From Candidatus Latescibacterota bacterium (GTDB taxonomy: Bacteria; Latescibacterota; UBA2968; UBA8231): 64,000 nucleotides of DNA. Below the pieces are notes generated by a model that saw only the letters and a program-made list of their open reading frames with translations, had not been told where the DNA came from and ran no database searches. The stretch spans positions 2,240,001 to 2,304,000 of the forward strand of contig OZ244561.1 in the NCBI GenBank assembly GCA_965217585.1, written 5' to 3'. This document shows positions 27,822 to 37,551 of this stretch, piece by piece (the stretch's first letter is position 1; every line of letters starts with the position of its first letter). The translations under genes and the position numbers were made by a program.

Positions 27822-29432
27822 TCAGATCGCCGTCAACACCTCTTCGATCGCGGCGATGGCGGCTTGATCCTGCTCAAGGGCCTTCCCCAGCAGCCCTGCC
27901 GCCTCGGTGTTGGAGCCGCTTCCCCAAGAGTCGGCTTCGCGGGCGGCTCTGCACACCATGGCCAGTTCTTCTAGCGTCTCGACTTCCTGCCGGTACGAGG
28001 CCTCCGCCCGTTGAAGCAGACCGGAGGATCGAGGAAGGTCGAAGCTCAGCTCGACCATGAAGTCGGCAGCGTTCTTGCGCAGGTCTGACTGCAAGCTGGC
28101 AAAGTGCGAGGCATAGCGAAGATCTGCCGTACCCGCTGCCAAGTCCTCCAGCCAGAGCCCGTAGGCGGCGAATCCCTCGGCGTCCGTGTGGTAGCAGGCG
28201 TCCGATTTCTCGAAGCGCGTTCCCCTGGCGAACTGCACGGCCTTCTTCAGGCTGTCCACGGCGACGGCCACGGCGTCCGTCTCCACCGGTTCCCTCGGGA
28301 CGAGCACGTAGTACCACTGCACGGGATCACAGTATCCAAAGCCGTCGAAAGGCACCTCCTGATCCTCGTTGTCTCTGTAGGTGCAGCGGACGGTATAGGT
28401 CTTGTGGGATGGGTCGTACCCGACCAGCAGATTCCAATCCCAGGCGTGGTGGCCGTCATCCCTCTGCTCGAGCGTCATGGGAGCCCACGCCATGGCGGGT
28501 ACGCCTCGGTCGATGCTGGCGCAGACGCAGTCCCAGGTCTCGCTCTTGAGCTTTCTCAGAGCTTCCGCGCTGTGTGGCCGGATGCTCTTGAAGTTCTGAG
28601 TCGCCTGAAAGTGGTCGAAGCGGTAGCCGAGGCTTGGAAGCCGGTCGAAGAACAGCCACCAGTCGAGATTCCCCTCCCAATAGCACTCGCCACCCCCTCG
28701 TCGCATGCTGAAGGTGAAGGCGTGTCCCAGGATGCCCATCATGCGCGCCCAGGAGCAGTTGGAGCTGGCGGCCCGCAGGGCCGGGTGCAAGGTGCTCATG
28801 ACCGAGCTCTCGGAATGGATGGACATCACCTTGTCGATGACGCGTCTCTCGAATCGCTCGTGATCCCTGTATGCTACCATTCTCTCCATCCTTAGCTTGA
28901 GGTGTCTGCGTGCATCGTGAAGCCGCTTGTTCACCGTCGACACCGGTACCTTGAGAAAGGCTGCGATCTCTCTCTGCGAGCGATTGTCGAAGTAGAATAG
29001 GGTTACCACCTCCCGGTGGATCTGCGGTAGACTGGAGGTAGCTCTCTGCAGCTCATCGCTGAACTCCCGGGTTTCCAGATCTGCTGCGACCGAGGGTTGC
29101 GGGTCCGGCGCCAGGTCATCGGTGGCCAGGGCGACCGTCGGGACCCTTCGCCGTCGCTTCACGCGGTTGCACTGGGTGAAGACGAGACGGCGTAGCCAGC
29201 CAGGGAAGGCCCTCGGATCGCGCAGGGACTCGAAGTTCATCCAGGCGGAGACGAATGCTTCCTGAACGGCGTCTTCAGCCGCGTGGTAGTCGCCCAGGAG
29301 GCCAAAGGCGTAGGAGATCGCCGTGTCCTGATACAGGCGCACGACTCTCTCTAGGGCATCCAGGTCGCCACCTCGCGCCTGCGCCACCAGGGCTGCGTGG
29401 TCTACGTCGACGGGTTTGGCTTCACGACTCAT
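27822..29432 (-). CDS. ECF sigma-70 factor with a large C-terminal extension
   Basis: Region 2 AEDAVQEAF...AFPGWLRRLV; region 4 SLPQIHREVVTLFY..SQREIAAFLKVPVSTVNKRLHDAR; about 340 extra aa. Confidence 0.9.
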   Translation of the reverse strand: MSREAKPVDVDHAALVAQARGGDLDALERVVRLYQDTAISYAFGLLGDYHAAEDAVQEAFVSAWMNFESLRDPRAFPGWLRRLVFTQCNRVKRRRRVPTVALATDDLAPDPQPSVAADLETREFSDELQRATSSLPQIHREVVTLFYFDNRSQREIAAFLKVPVSTVNKRLHDARRHLKLRMERMVAYRDHERFERRVIDKVMSIHSESSVMSTLHPALRAASSNCSWARMMGILGHAFTFSMRRGGGECYWEGNLDWWLFFDRLPSLGYRFDHFQATQNFKSIRPHSAEALRKLKSETWDCVCASIDRGVPAMAWAPMTLEQRDDGHHAWDWNLLVGYDPSHKTYTVRCTYRDNEDQEVPFDGFGYCDPVQWYYVLVPREPVETDAVAVAVDSLKKAVQFARGTRFEKSDACYHTDAEGFAAYGLWLEDLAAGTADLRYASHFASLQSDLRKNAADFMVELSFDLPRSSGLLQRAEASYRQEVETLEELAMVCRAAREADSWGSGSNTEAAGLLGKALEQDQAAIAAIEEVLTAI

Positions 29433-29565
29433 GGGGCTTCGGTATATAGAGCCAGGATTCGGCCCGGAGCTTACTGCCCGCGCCGATTCGGCCGGTTCTC
29501 AAGACCTGCTTGACATGAAACCGTCCGGGACGGTGATATAGCCGTCTTGGATGAGTGACTTGTAA

Positions 29566-31083
29566 TTAGGTCGCCAGCGGCGCTCCTCGGGGTATGCTAA
29601 TGGAGATCGGCGATTTTGCGTACTGGGAGCGGCAGGCGGTGAAATCGGCGTTGCGGTATTCGCCTAGGTGAATGAATCCCGAAATGCGGTCTTCCGCAGC
29701 GCGGCCGGCAAATAGGAAGGGGATGGAATCGCCCGGACGACTCACTGCACTACGCAGCTTTACCTGATCGCCTTCAATGACGCCGGCGATTTGCTGCTGA
29801 GAAAAATCGCTTATGTGGGTGCCGCCGATCCAATGCCCCTCTTGTTCGAGGAATAGCTGGTGCTGGCTGCTGCTGCTCGAATAGTTGATGGTGAGGTCCC
29901 AAGCACCGCTGACATCGGTTGCCGGAGGGGATAGCTCCGTTGATTGGGGACTGCGTTGCGCGGATAAAATGCGGTGGATTCGGTCGGCGACTACTTGGTC
30001 GTTGCCCGGCTGCATCTGATTGGGCGTGATGCCGATGGAAGTGCGGCCGTTGGCACCGCCGCTGGCCACGGCGATGCGGGGTTTGTTGCGGGCGAAATCC
30101 TCGGCGACCTCTGCGCCGGTAATGTGCAAGACGGCTGGATCCCAACTGATGGTGAGGACCGGGGCGCGGTTGGACAGGCCGGTGGGGTCTGCGACCTCGG
30201 TCGATACGCTGTCAATGCCGCGCACGCGCTGGGCGATATGGTCGAGATAGGACAGCCAAGTCTGCCATTCGGCGGCGTGGTCGCGGCGCACCCAGGCCTC
30301 CACCGCCGCCAACATCCCCATGATTTCTTCCTTGCCGATTTTATCGTCGCGGCCCGGCCCGTGGTGCGGCGCACTGAATTGCCACGCCGACTGCAGCAAG
30401 GCTTTGTCGCCCAGCACCAAGCCGGCGCACTGGGGCCCGCACAGGGCTTTGCCGCCGCTGTAGGCCACGACCGTGGCACCCCTTTGCAAGTGGACATTGG
30501 GAATGGTGAGGTTTTCGGCCGCGGAGTCGGCGAGGATGGGAATTTTGTGCGGGCGGGCCGCGTCGGCAATCACCTCTAGGGAAAGCGGCTGGCCGGTAGC
30601 AGAGCCAGCCCCCGTGGTTATGTAGATCATGGCGGTGCGGGGATTGATGGCCCGCTCAAGCTCGGCTTGGGTTTCGACCATGACAATTTCGACGCCGATA
30701 CTGCGCACGGCGTGGTCGTAGGCGTTGCGTGAGTACCGGGGGATGATGACTTGGGTTTTGTCCAAGCCGGTCAAATCCGGGATGCGGATCAGCTTTTCGG
30801 GATTGCCGCCGGTGACGCAAGCCGCAGTGATGTGCTTGAGACCGGCAGCGCAGCCCGCCGGAATCAGCCCCCAGTCGGCCCCAGTGATTTCAGCCAGTCT
30901 TTGGCCGACGGCATCGGCGAGTTCGTCGTACTGGACGAAGTAGCCCGAGGCCGCTTCCATGGCCGCCACAACTTCGGGGAGTTCGACGGAGCCGCCGATG
31001 ATGGTAAAGGTGCCACGGCAGTTGATGATGGGTTCGACGCCGATCGCTTGGTATATGTTTTGGTCGCTGGTGTCTAGTGTCAT
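29566..31083 (-). CDS. SelA-like / DgaE-like PLP-dependent enzyme with an extra C-terminal domain
   Basis: IGVEPIINCRGTFTIIGGS; YDHAVR; DSAAE; YSGGKALCGPQCAG; GRDDKIGKEEI. Confidence 0.85.
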   Translation of the reverse strand: MTLDTSDQNIYQAIGVEPIINCRGTFTIIGGSVELPEVVAAMEAASGYFVQYDELADAVGQRLAEITGADWGLIPAGCAAGLKHITAACVTGGNPEKLIRIPDLTGLDKTQVIIPRYSRNAYDHAVRSIGVEIVMVETQAELERAINPRTAMIYITTGAGSATGQPLSLEVIADAARPHKIPILADSAAENLTIPNVHLQRGATVVAYSGGKALCGPQCAGLVLGDKALLQSAWQFSAPHHGPGRDDKIGKEEIMGMLAAVEAWVRRDHAAEWQTWLSYLDHIAQRVRGIDSVSTEVADPTGLSNRAPVLTISWDPAVLHITGAEVAEDFARNKPRIAVASGGANGRTSIGITPNQMQPGNDQVVADRIHRILSAQRSPQSTELSPPATDVSGAWDLTINYSSSSSQHQLFLEQEGHWIGGTHISDFSQQQIAGVIEGDQVKLRSAVSRPGDSIPFLFAGRAAEDRISGFIHLGEYRNADFTACRSQYAKSPISISIPRGAPLAT

Positions 31084-31115
31084 GCGGGCCTCCGTTGTGG
31101 ATTGTGGATGAACGG

Positions 31116-31955
31116 TTAGGTCAGTCCCCATATACGGGCGGCCGTACCGCCTAGCATTTGGTCCTTTTCGCGCTGGCTGAGAAAGTCGAAACCCTCACGC
31201 ACTAGGCGCAACTCCTCGGCTAGGGTCGGCCAGTTGTGCTTGGTGCGGTGGTGTCCTGGATAGCCGGTGCCCCACAGCATGCGCTCGGCCCCAAAGGCGT
31301 GGTGCAGGCGCTGGATGAAGGGACGCACGTCGGCGTAGGGGAAACTTTCCCGCGAGCGGCCGTGGACATCCGAGATTTTTACTGCCACGTTGTCGAAGTT
31401 AGCTAGGTCGACGATGGGCTGAAAAGCCTCGGGCGGCTCGTCGAGGTTGGGATAGCCCATGTGGTCCAATAGCAGGGGCATCTGCGGATGGCGGCGGGCG
31501 ATTTCAGCGACTTGATCGGCAAAAGAAGCGTTGAGATGGAACTGGATGACAGCGCCCATTGCGTCTAGGACTTCCCACAGGGGACGGTTCTGGGGCGTGG
31601 TCAAGATTTTCTCGTCTGGGTAGTACATGGGATGGAAGCGGAAACCGACCAAGCCGCGTTCCTCCATCCAGTAGCGCGCCTGATCGGCGTTATCTGGGTT
31701 TTGCGGGTCGAGCATGCCGTGGCCGATGAAGCGGTCGGGGAAGCGGGCCTGCGAATCGGCGATATAGCCGTTGTCCCAGGTGGACCAGCTAGTCTGCACC
31801 AAGACGCTGCGGTCAACGCCGTTTTGGTCCATGTCCTCGATTAGCTCGTCGGCGGTGGCGGGTTCGTCTGGCTTGGAGGTCCAGTTGGGGGCGGTGGGTC
31901 CGATGGGATATTTCTCGGACATTTCCCAGATGTGTACGTGGGTGTCGACGATCAT
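31116..31955 (-). CDS. Amidohydrolase_2-family protein
   Basis: IVDTHVHIW; GFRFHP; LDHMG; FGAERMLWGTGYP. Confidence 0.9.
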   Translation of the reverse strand: MIVDTHVHIWEMSEKYPIGPTAPNWTSKPDEPATADELIEDMDQNGVDRSVLVQTSWSTWDNGYIADSQARFPDRFIGHGMLDPQNPDNADQARYWMEERGLVGFRFHPMYYPDEKILTTPQNRPLWEVLDAMGAVIQFHLNASFADQVAEIARRHPQMPLLLDHMGYPNLDEPPEAFQPIVDLANFDNVAVKISDVHGRSRESFPYADVRPFIQRLHHAFGAERMLWGTGYPGHHRTKHNWPTLAEELRLVREGFDFLSQREKDQMLGGTAARIWGLT

Positions 31956-32034
31956 GGACGATTCCTTTCAGGTTGGTCGAAGTTCGTGCGGGCGGATTGG
32001 GACTTTCCTCGATCTGAATGCTTTGACCTGCTCG

Positions 32035-34311
32035 CTACATGCGCTGCTCATAGAGAAAAGGACGGCGCCAGATGCCGCCCATGTGATGCTCGTTGTGCAG
32101 GCGCAGGGCTAGGGTGTAGGTGCCGGGAGACAGGGCACCGCTCAGATCGACATCCCATTCAAAGCGGTAGTCGTTGTGCCACCACATGGGACGCCAGTCG
32201 CGGTGCCCCACCAAGTAGCCATCGACGTAGAGCCAAGCTTTGCCGAAGAGGCCGGGAAAGCGGATGTGGAGTGCTTGGCCGGCCTCAGCTTCGCTTATCT
32301 CGATATCCGTGCGATACCAGACAAAGCCATTGTACTCGCCGCCATTGGCCGCAGCAACTCCCTGGACTTCCATGTAAAGGTCAGTGCGGAGCGGTCGCCA
32401 AGACGACAGGTCGAGATCGGGACGCCCCCAGCCCTGATGCAAGCCGGCGTCGTGTGGGTCCGTGCGGAAGGTCCATTCGAGAGGGAGCTTTTGCACTAGA
32501 CGGCCTTGGGGTCCGTGAGTCAGTTGGCCCAGATCCCGGTACTGATTGACCTCGCCGGTCCACCAGGGATCGCCCCGCTCTAGGCGGGTGGTGGTGAACG
32601 TAGGGTGCATTTGCGTCAGGCTGTCGCGCCAAGCGAGGCCCTGTTCGCCGGCCTGTACGGCGGCTGGGTAATTTACCTGAGTGACGGCTTGGGCGACCAT
32701 GTCCATGTAGTTTTGCAAAACGCCGAATCCAGCCCTGACAAAGCGCACCCGCTGGACGAATAGGTCATCGGAGGGTAAATCGGCCACTAGGGCCTCGGCC
32801 TCCGCGACGCGGGGGGCCAAAGCCCGCACCAACTCTGGCGTGTACACCGTGGGGGCCAGCATGAATTCGTGCTCGTGGGACGGGGTCTGTTCCCAAGCGC
32901 GGTGGATGGCCTGCCAATAGGCGCGCATGGGCGCGGCGGCTGGTCCGAAGAAGCGGGGATAGAATTCTTCCAGCACGGCTTCGACGTCCACATCGGGGTC
33001 CCAGTAGAGACGAGATCTCAAGTACAGATTGAGGAAAGTTGTGGCCATAGCGCCCCGGCTCTCGGTATCAACCCCGAGGATGCCAGCGGCGCGGTAGTGC
33101 TGGATATCTTGGCGGATGGCTTGGATGGAGGGGTTGGGGATGTCGCGCCAGACCAGCATGCCTTGATCGTAGTCGTAGATGATGAGGCGACCCTGCATGG
33201 TCTGGCTCCAGCGGTACATGACATCGCGGTACTCTTGGCTGGGTGGACAAGCGGGATCGTCCATGCCGTGGATGGGGCAAACGTCAATGGGTGCCAAGTA
33301 TGCCACCAGAGGCTCGGCGGCTACCATGCGGCGCTGGGGCGGCAAGGTGATATTGGAATAGGCCAGAAAGCCAATGCGGCGGTCGGGGAAACGGGCTTGG
33401 GTTAGCTGGGCGACGTTGTTGTACAGGGCCATGAAGGGGTCGGTGAGGGCCGGGGCCATGAAGTTCTTGTCCCATAAGCCGGCAGCCAAGAGCGAGTCGG
33501 AGGCACAGGCTAGATCGTAGAGACCATCGTCCATGCCGAGGGATACGGCTTGTGCTCCGGCGGCAAAGCGCTCCATGACCTGCGCGGCAATGTGGTGGGC
33601 CGTGGCTGGATCGGACAGGCAGATGGCCTGGGCCGAGAACCCAGCGTCCGGCAGGTCATCGACGTAGTGGCCCAAGGCGTGGCCAGCCGGTACGGACAGG
33701 TCGTTGAGCCGATTGCGCCGCATGAATTCGGCGCGACCGCTGTTGTCGCCATGCCAAGAGAGCCAGTAGCGCCGCACCTCAAAGGGCGGGGCATAGGCCA
33801 CGTCGAGGGTGTCGATGGTCAGCGTGGACTGCCGGGGGATGCTGGCACCAAAGTCCGTGGGCAAATACCAGCGGCAACCCCAGTGGTGCAGCAATTCTAT
33901 AGCGGCATAGTAGTGCGATTCGTCGTTGGTCCCGGCTAGATAGATGCGGTTGCCTTGGCGCTGGGTGATAATGGCGTCGCTGCGCAGAACGGGCCGAGGT
34001 TTTTGCAAGGCTTGCAGGCGGGGTTCTATGGATGGCTCGGCTTCGAGGGCGGCTCGGCCTACTAGGATGAGTGGGGTGGCTTCGGCTAGGGCTTGGCGCA
34101 GAGCATCGGACTGGTCAATGAGCGGCAGGCGGGCACCGCTCATTTCCTCGATATAGCGCACTAGGTCGCTGGCGGCGCGGCGCTCCCACTCGCCAGCTTC
34201 GGGGTGGACGCCAATGCGGGTTCGGCTCTGTCCTTGGTCGACGATAGTGAGCGGAGTGTCGGCCAAGGCACGGCTGAACAAGAGCAGGCATAAGGTTAGT
34301 GCGAGGCGCAT
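32035..34311 (-). CDS. Secreted DUF4838-like glycoside-hydrolase-related protein with a GH2-type sugar-binding domain
   Basis: Signal peptide; GH67/GH20-like N-domain (AASDLVRYIEEMSGARLP, WGCRWYLP); FLAYSN..PP; C-terminal WTFRTDP, YNGFVWYR, LYVDG, GGIWR. Confidence 0.75.
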   Translation of the reverse strand: MRLALTLCLLLFSRALADTPLTIVDQGQSRTRIGVHPEAGEWERRAASDLVRYIEEMSGARLPLIDQSDALRQALAEATPLILVGRAALEAEPSIEPRLQALQKPRPVLRSDAIITQRQGNRIYLAGTNDESHYYAAIELLHHWGCRWYLPTDFGASIPRQSTLTIDTLDVAYAPPFEVRRYWLSWHGDNSGRAEFMRRNRLNDLSVPAGHALGHYVDDLPDAGFSAQAICLSDPATAHHIAAQVMERFAAGAQAVSLGMDDGLYDLACASDSLLAAGLWDKNFMAPALTDPFMALYNNVAQLTQARFPDRRIGFLAYSNITLPPQRRMVAAEPLVAYLAPIDVCPIHGMDDPACPPSQEYRDVMYRWSQTMQGRLIIYDYDQGMLVWRDIPNPSIQAIRQDIQHYRAAGILGVDTESRGAMATTFLNLYLRSRLYWDPDVDVEAVLEEFYPRFFGPAAAPMRAYWQAIHRAWEQTPSHEHEFMLAPTVYTPELVRALAPRVAEAEALVADLPSDDLFVQRVRFVRAGFGVLQNYMDMVAQAVTQVNYPAAVQAGEQGLAWRDSLTQMHPTFTTTRLERGDPWWTGEVNQYRDLGQLTHGPQGRLVQKLPLEWTFRTDPHDAGLHQGWGRPDLDLSSWRPLRTDLYMEVQGVAAANGGEYNGFVWYRTDIEISEAEAGQALHIRFPGLFGKAWLYVDGYLVGHRDWRPMWWHNDYRFEWDVDLSGALSPGTYTLALRLHNEHHMGGIWRRPFLYEQRM

Positions 34312-34383
34312 GGTTTTCTCCTAGAGGGTTCAGACCGAAGTCTCTCGAATACCAAACGACCATCGTCGGCTTCTTTCAATCTC

Positions 34384-34953
34384 CTAGCGCCCAACCATAG
34401 CGACGAAATAGCGATGGATGCTCAAATCGCTGGTCAGTTCAGGATGGAACGAGGCGACGAGCATTTGGCCCTGGCGCGCCACGACCACATCGTCGCCGCA
34501 GGTCGCCAGCGCCTCGACCCCGTTGCCCAATCGCGCGATGCGGGGTGCGCGAATAAAGATCATCGGCAACGATCGCGGTTGTCCATCCGCCGCCCAAACG
34601 CCCGTCCCCTCAAAGCTATTGACTTGGCGGCCATAGCTGTTGCGCTCGACGTCGATGTCGATCAGGCCGAGGGACTTCTGCGGCGGGTTGGAGACGCCTT
34701 TGGCCAACAGGATCATCCCGGCGCAGGTGCCAAAAATGGGGTTGCCGGCCGCGGCGAAGTCCCTCAGCGGTGCCCAGAAAGCCCAAGAGTCCATTAGTTT
34801 GATTAGCGTCGTGCTCTCGCCGCCGGGGAAGATCAGGCCGTCAACCGTGGCCAATTGCTCCGGCTTTTTGACCACGCGGGATTCGACTGCCAAGGCGTCG
34901 AGGATCTTGCCGTGGGCCGCGTAGTCGCCCTGTAATCCCAAAATTCCAATCAT
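34384..34953 (-). CDS. pdxT: Pyridoxal 5'-phosphate synthase glutaminase subunit
   Basis: GILGLQG; PGGESTT; FGTCAGMI; RNSYGRQ; FIRAP; SFHPEL. Confidence 0.97.
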   Translation of the reverse strand: MIGILGLQGDYAAHGKILDALAVESRVVKKPEQLATVDGLIFPGGESTTLIKLMDSWAFWAPLRDFAAAGNPIFGTCAGMILLAKGVSNPPQKSLGLIDIDVERNSYGRQVNSFEGTGVWAADGQPRSLPMIFIRAPRIARLGNGVEALATCGDDVVVARQGQMLVASFHPELTSDLSIHRYFVAMVGR

Positions 34954-35058
34954 CGCTTATACCATAGAAGCTATCTGACAATTCCCGGCGGGTGTGCGGC
35001 GACAAAGTATCCGCAGATGAACGCAGATGAGCACAGAGGCAGGGGATGACGCTTCATA

Positions 35059-35098
35059 AAATTGCCCCGTCCCTGACAGAGCAGAGACGGGGCAATTT
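35059..35098 (-). terminator. Stem-loop / intrinsic terminator between pdxS and pdxT
   Basis: 13-bp perfect inverted repeat AAATTGCCCCGTC...GACGGGGCAATTT with a short T tract on the minus strand. Confidence 0.6.
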
Positions 35099-35120
35099 CC
35101 GTTTGCATCTGTGCGGCGTC

Positions 35121-36020
35121 CTACCAGCCTCGGGTTTGTAGTTTGTCTTTCTCTTCGAGGGTGTCGATGTTGATGCCGACCATGGCCTCGCCAAGGTTTT
35201 CAGAGACGCGGATCAGGACCTCTGGGTCGTCGTAGTGGGTGGTGGCCTCGACGATGGCTTTGGCGCGGTTGGACGGATCGCCGGACTTAAAGATCCCAGA
35301 GCCGACGAAAACGGCCTCGGCGCCGAGCTGCATCATCAGCGAGGCATCAGCCGGCGTGGCGACGCCGCCGGCGGCAAAATTGGGCACCGGCAGCTTGCCG
35401 TGCTCGGCAACCCAGCAGACCAGTTCATAAGGCGCGCCGAGTTCCTTGGCCGCGGTCATTAGCTGCTCGGGACGCAAGATCGTCAACCGGCGGATCTCGT
35501 CGGTGACCGAGCGCATGTGGCGCACGGCCTCGACGATGTTGCCCGAGCCAGCCTCGCCCTTGGTGCGGATCATGGCGGCGCCCTCGCCAAGCCGCCGCAG
35601 GGCCTCGCCGAGGTTGCGGCAGCCGCAGACGAAGGGCACCTCAAAGGCGAACTTATCGACGTGATAGTGCTCGTCGGCCGGGGTCAGGACCTCGCTTTCG
35701 TCGACGTAGTCGATCCCGAGGGCTTGGAGTATCTGCGCTTCGGCAAAGTGACCAATGCGGCATTTGGCCATGACCGGAATGGAGGTGGACTCCATGATCT
35801 GGCGCAGCTTTTCTATGCTCGACATGCGCGACACCCCGCCTTCAGCGCGGATGTCGGCGGGCACTCTTTCCAGCGCCATGACCGAGGTTGCCCCAGCGTC
35901 TTCGGCGATCTTGGCTTGGTCGGCGGTGACGACGTCCATGATGACCCCGCCCTTGAGCATTTCGGCGAGGCCGGTCTTGAGGCGCAGGGTGCCAGTCTGG
36001 CCGTTTTGTATCTCGCTCAT
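35121..36020 (-). CDS. pdxS: Pyridoxal 5'-phosphate synthase lyase subunit
   Basis: [11 protein letters not shown]; [11 protein letters not shown]; [10 protein letters not shown]; [13 protein letters not shown]; ends RGW. Confidence 0.98.
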   Translation of the reverse strand: MSEIQNGQTGTLRLKTGLAEMLKGGVIMDVVTADQAKIAEDAGATSVMALERVPADIRAEGGVSRMSSIEKLRQIMESTSIPVMAKCRIGHFAEAQILQALGIDYVDESEVLTPADEHYHVDKFAFEVPFVCGCRNLGEALRRLGEGAAMIRTKGEAGSGNIVEAVRHMRSVTDEIRRLTILRPEQLMTAAKELGAPYELVCWVAEHGKLPVPNFAAGGVATPADASLMMQLGAEAVFVGSGIFKSGDPSNRAKAIVEATTHYDDPEVLIRVSENLGEAMVGINIDTLEEKDKLQTRGW

Positions 36021-36098
36021 AGCGCAATCTCCTTTAGAGTAGTTCCTTAAAAACATATTCCAAAACAGGCCCCTGCGCAATTTTTGCCCGGGGTAGAA

Positions 36099-37538
36099 TC
36101 AGGTGCCGCGCAGGCTCTGCCAATAGGTGCGGCAGAGGTCGCGGGCGAAGAGGAAGAGGGCCGCTGAGGTCGCGACACTGGCAAGGATAGCACCGACAAC
36201 GAGGACGGCGAGCGGTGCCCAAGGCAGCAGGGGGCGGGCCAGCAGGAGAACGGAGAAGACGAAGGCGACCACCAAAGCGGGGCGGCTGAGCGCGGCGAGA
36301 TAAGTTGCAAAAGGCAGGTCAATCAAGCGGTTGACGAGGTACTGCGAAAGCAGCAAGAACAGCAAGGCCGCGGCGGCGATGACGCTGGCCACGCCTTCGA
36401 CGCCGCGCGGCAGGCCATAGAGGTACAGTGCCGGGATCAGTACCCCCATGCTAAAGAGCGACCAATAAAAAGACCAATTGGCCTTGCCTTTGGCCATAAA
36501 AATCGAGCCGACCAAGGAGCCGGCTACTTTCAAAAGCGTAGCTGCGGCCAACAGGCGAAGCACCATCCACATCGGCTCGGTGTTGACCAAGGCGGCAATC
36601 TCCGGCGCAAAGACGAATATTCCCGTAAGGGCCGGACCCAGCGCTAGCACGAAGCCCTGTACCGAGGACAAATAGCCACGGCGCAGGAGCGAGTTATCGT
36701 CCACGATCGTCGAAAAGGTCGGGAAGGAGACGCGCTGGATGGTCGTCGCCAGCCGGGTCAAAGGCTGCAAGGTCAATCGTTCGGCCAAGCTGTAATAGGC
36801 TTGGGCAGTAGGCCCTAGCGGTAAGTAAATAAAGAGATAAGCGATTTTGCCATTGAGCAGGGCCACCACGCGCGAACCCGTAAGATTCAGCGCAAAGCCA
36901 AGGATTTGGTGCAGGGCTTGGGGCCGGAAGCGCAGGCGCGGAAGCCAACGAGCCGAAAGCGCGAGGCTGCTAAAAAGACCTAGCTCGCGCACGACCGAGC
37001 CGACGACCGGGACTAGGACGCCCAAGTCCGGTCGCCAGAAAAGCAGAAGCGTCACCGCGAGGGCAAAGGTCAGGACCGAAACGAGTTCGGAAAGGGCCAC
37101 GGCGCGAAAGTCGAGGGTGCGCTGTAGTCTGGCCCGCAACAGGCCCGCCAATGAGGCGAAGGGGATCGTCAAGCAGAACGTGCGCAGGACGCGGCCGAAG
37201 GTGTGCGGATCTTCGCCCCCTAAAAAAGAGGCCAACCAAGAGGACGCGGCGACGACCACGGCGGTGATCAGCAGTCCCCAACTCAAACAAGTCCAGAAGG
37301 CCGTGTCGAAGTGTTCCTCGCCCGCGTCTGGTAGCTGGACTAGGGCTGCGCCCAGACCTAAATCGCCGACCAGCGCTAGGAGCATTATCAGCGCCAGTAC
37401 CCACTCAAAACGGCCCAAGTCGTCGAGTGGCAAGAGCTTGTAGAGCACCAGCATGACGCCGAGCTGGATAACGGAAGCGCTGCCATTCCAAAGGAAACCG
37501 CGCAGGGCGCGCGTGGCCAGGGAGAGCGAGGCGCTCAC
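36099..37538 (-). CDS. Oligosaccharide flippase (Wzx/WzxC-like, MOP superfamily)
   Basis: DLGLGAALVQ; FDTAFW; RARLQRTLDFR; YYSLAERL; RVSFPTFS; about 12-14 TM segments. Confidence 0.85.
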   Translation of the reverse strand: MSASLSLATRALRGFLWNGSASVIQLGVMLVLYKLLPLDDLGRFEWVLALIMLLALVGDLGLGAALVQLPDAGEEHFDTAFWTCLSWGLLITAVVVAASSWLASFLGGEDPHTFGRVLRTFCLTIPFASLAGLLRARLQRTLDFRAVALSELVSVLTFALAVTLLLFWRPDLGVLVPVVGSVVRELGLFSSLALSARWLPRLRFRPQALHQILGFALNLTGSRVVALLNGKIAYLFIYLPLGPTAQAYYSLAERLTLQPLTRLATTIQRVSFPTFSTIVDDNSLLRRGYLSSVQGFVLALGPALTGIFVFAPEIAALVNTEPMWMVLRLLAAATLLKVAGSLVGSIFMAKGKANWSFYWSLFSMGVLIPALYLYGLPRGVEGVASVIAAAALLFLLLSQYLVNRLIDLPFATYLAALSRPALVVAFVFSVLLLARPLLPWAPLAVLVVGAILASVATSAALFLFARDLCRTYWQSLRGT

Positions 37539-37551
37539 AGGCTAGGTAGCT

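Noticed and set aside
29566-31083. selA / selenocysteine machinery
   Set aside because: No selB, selD or tRNA-Sec seen; motifs fit the SelA-like/DgaE group
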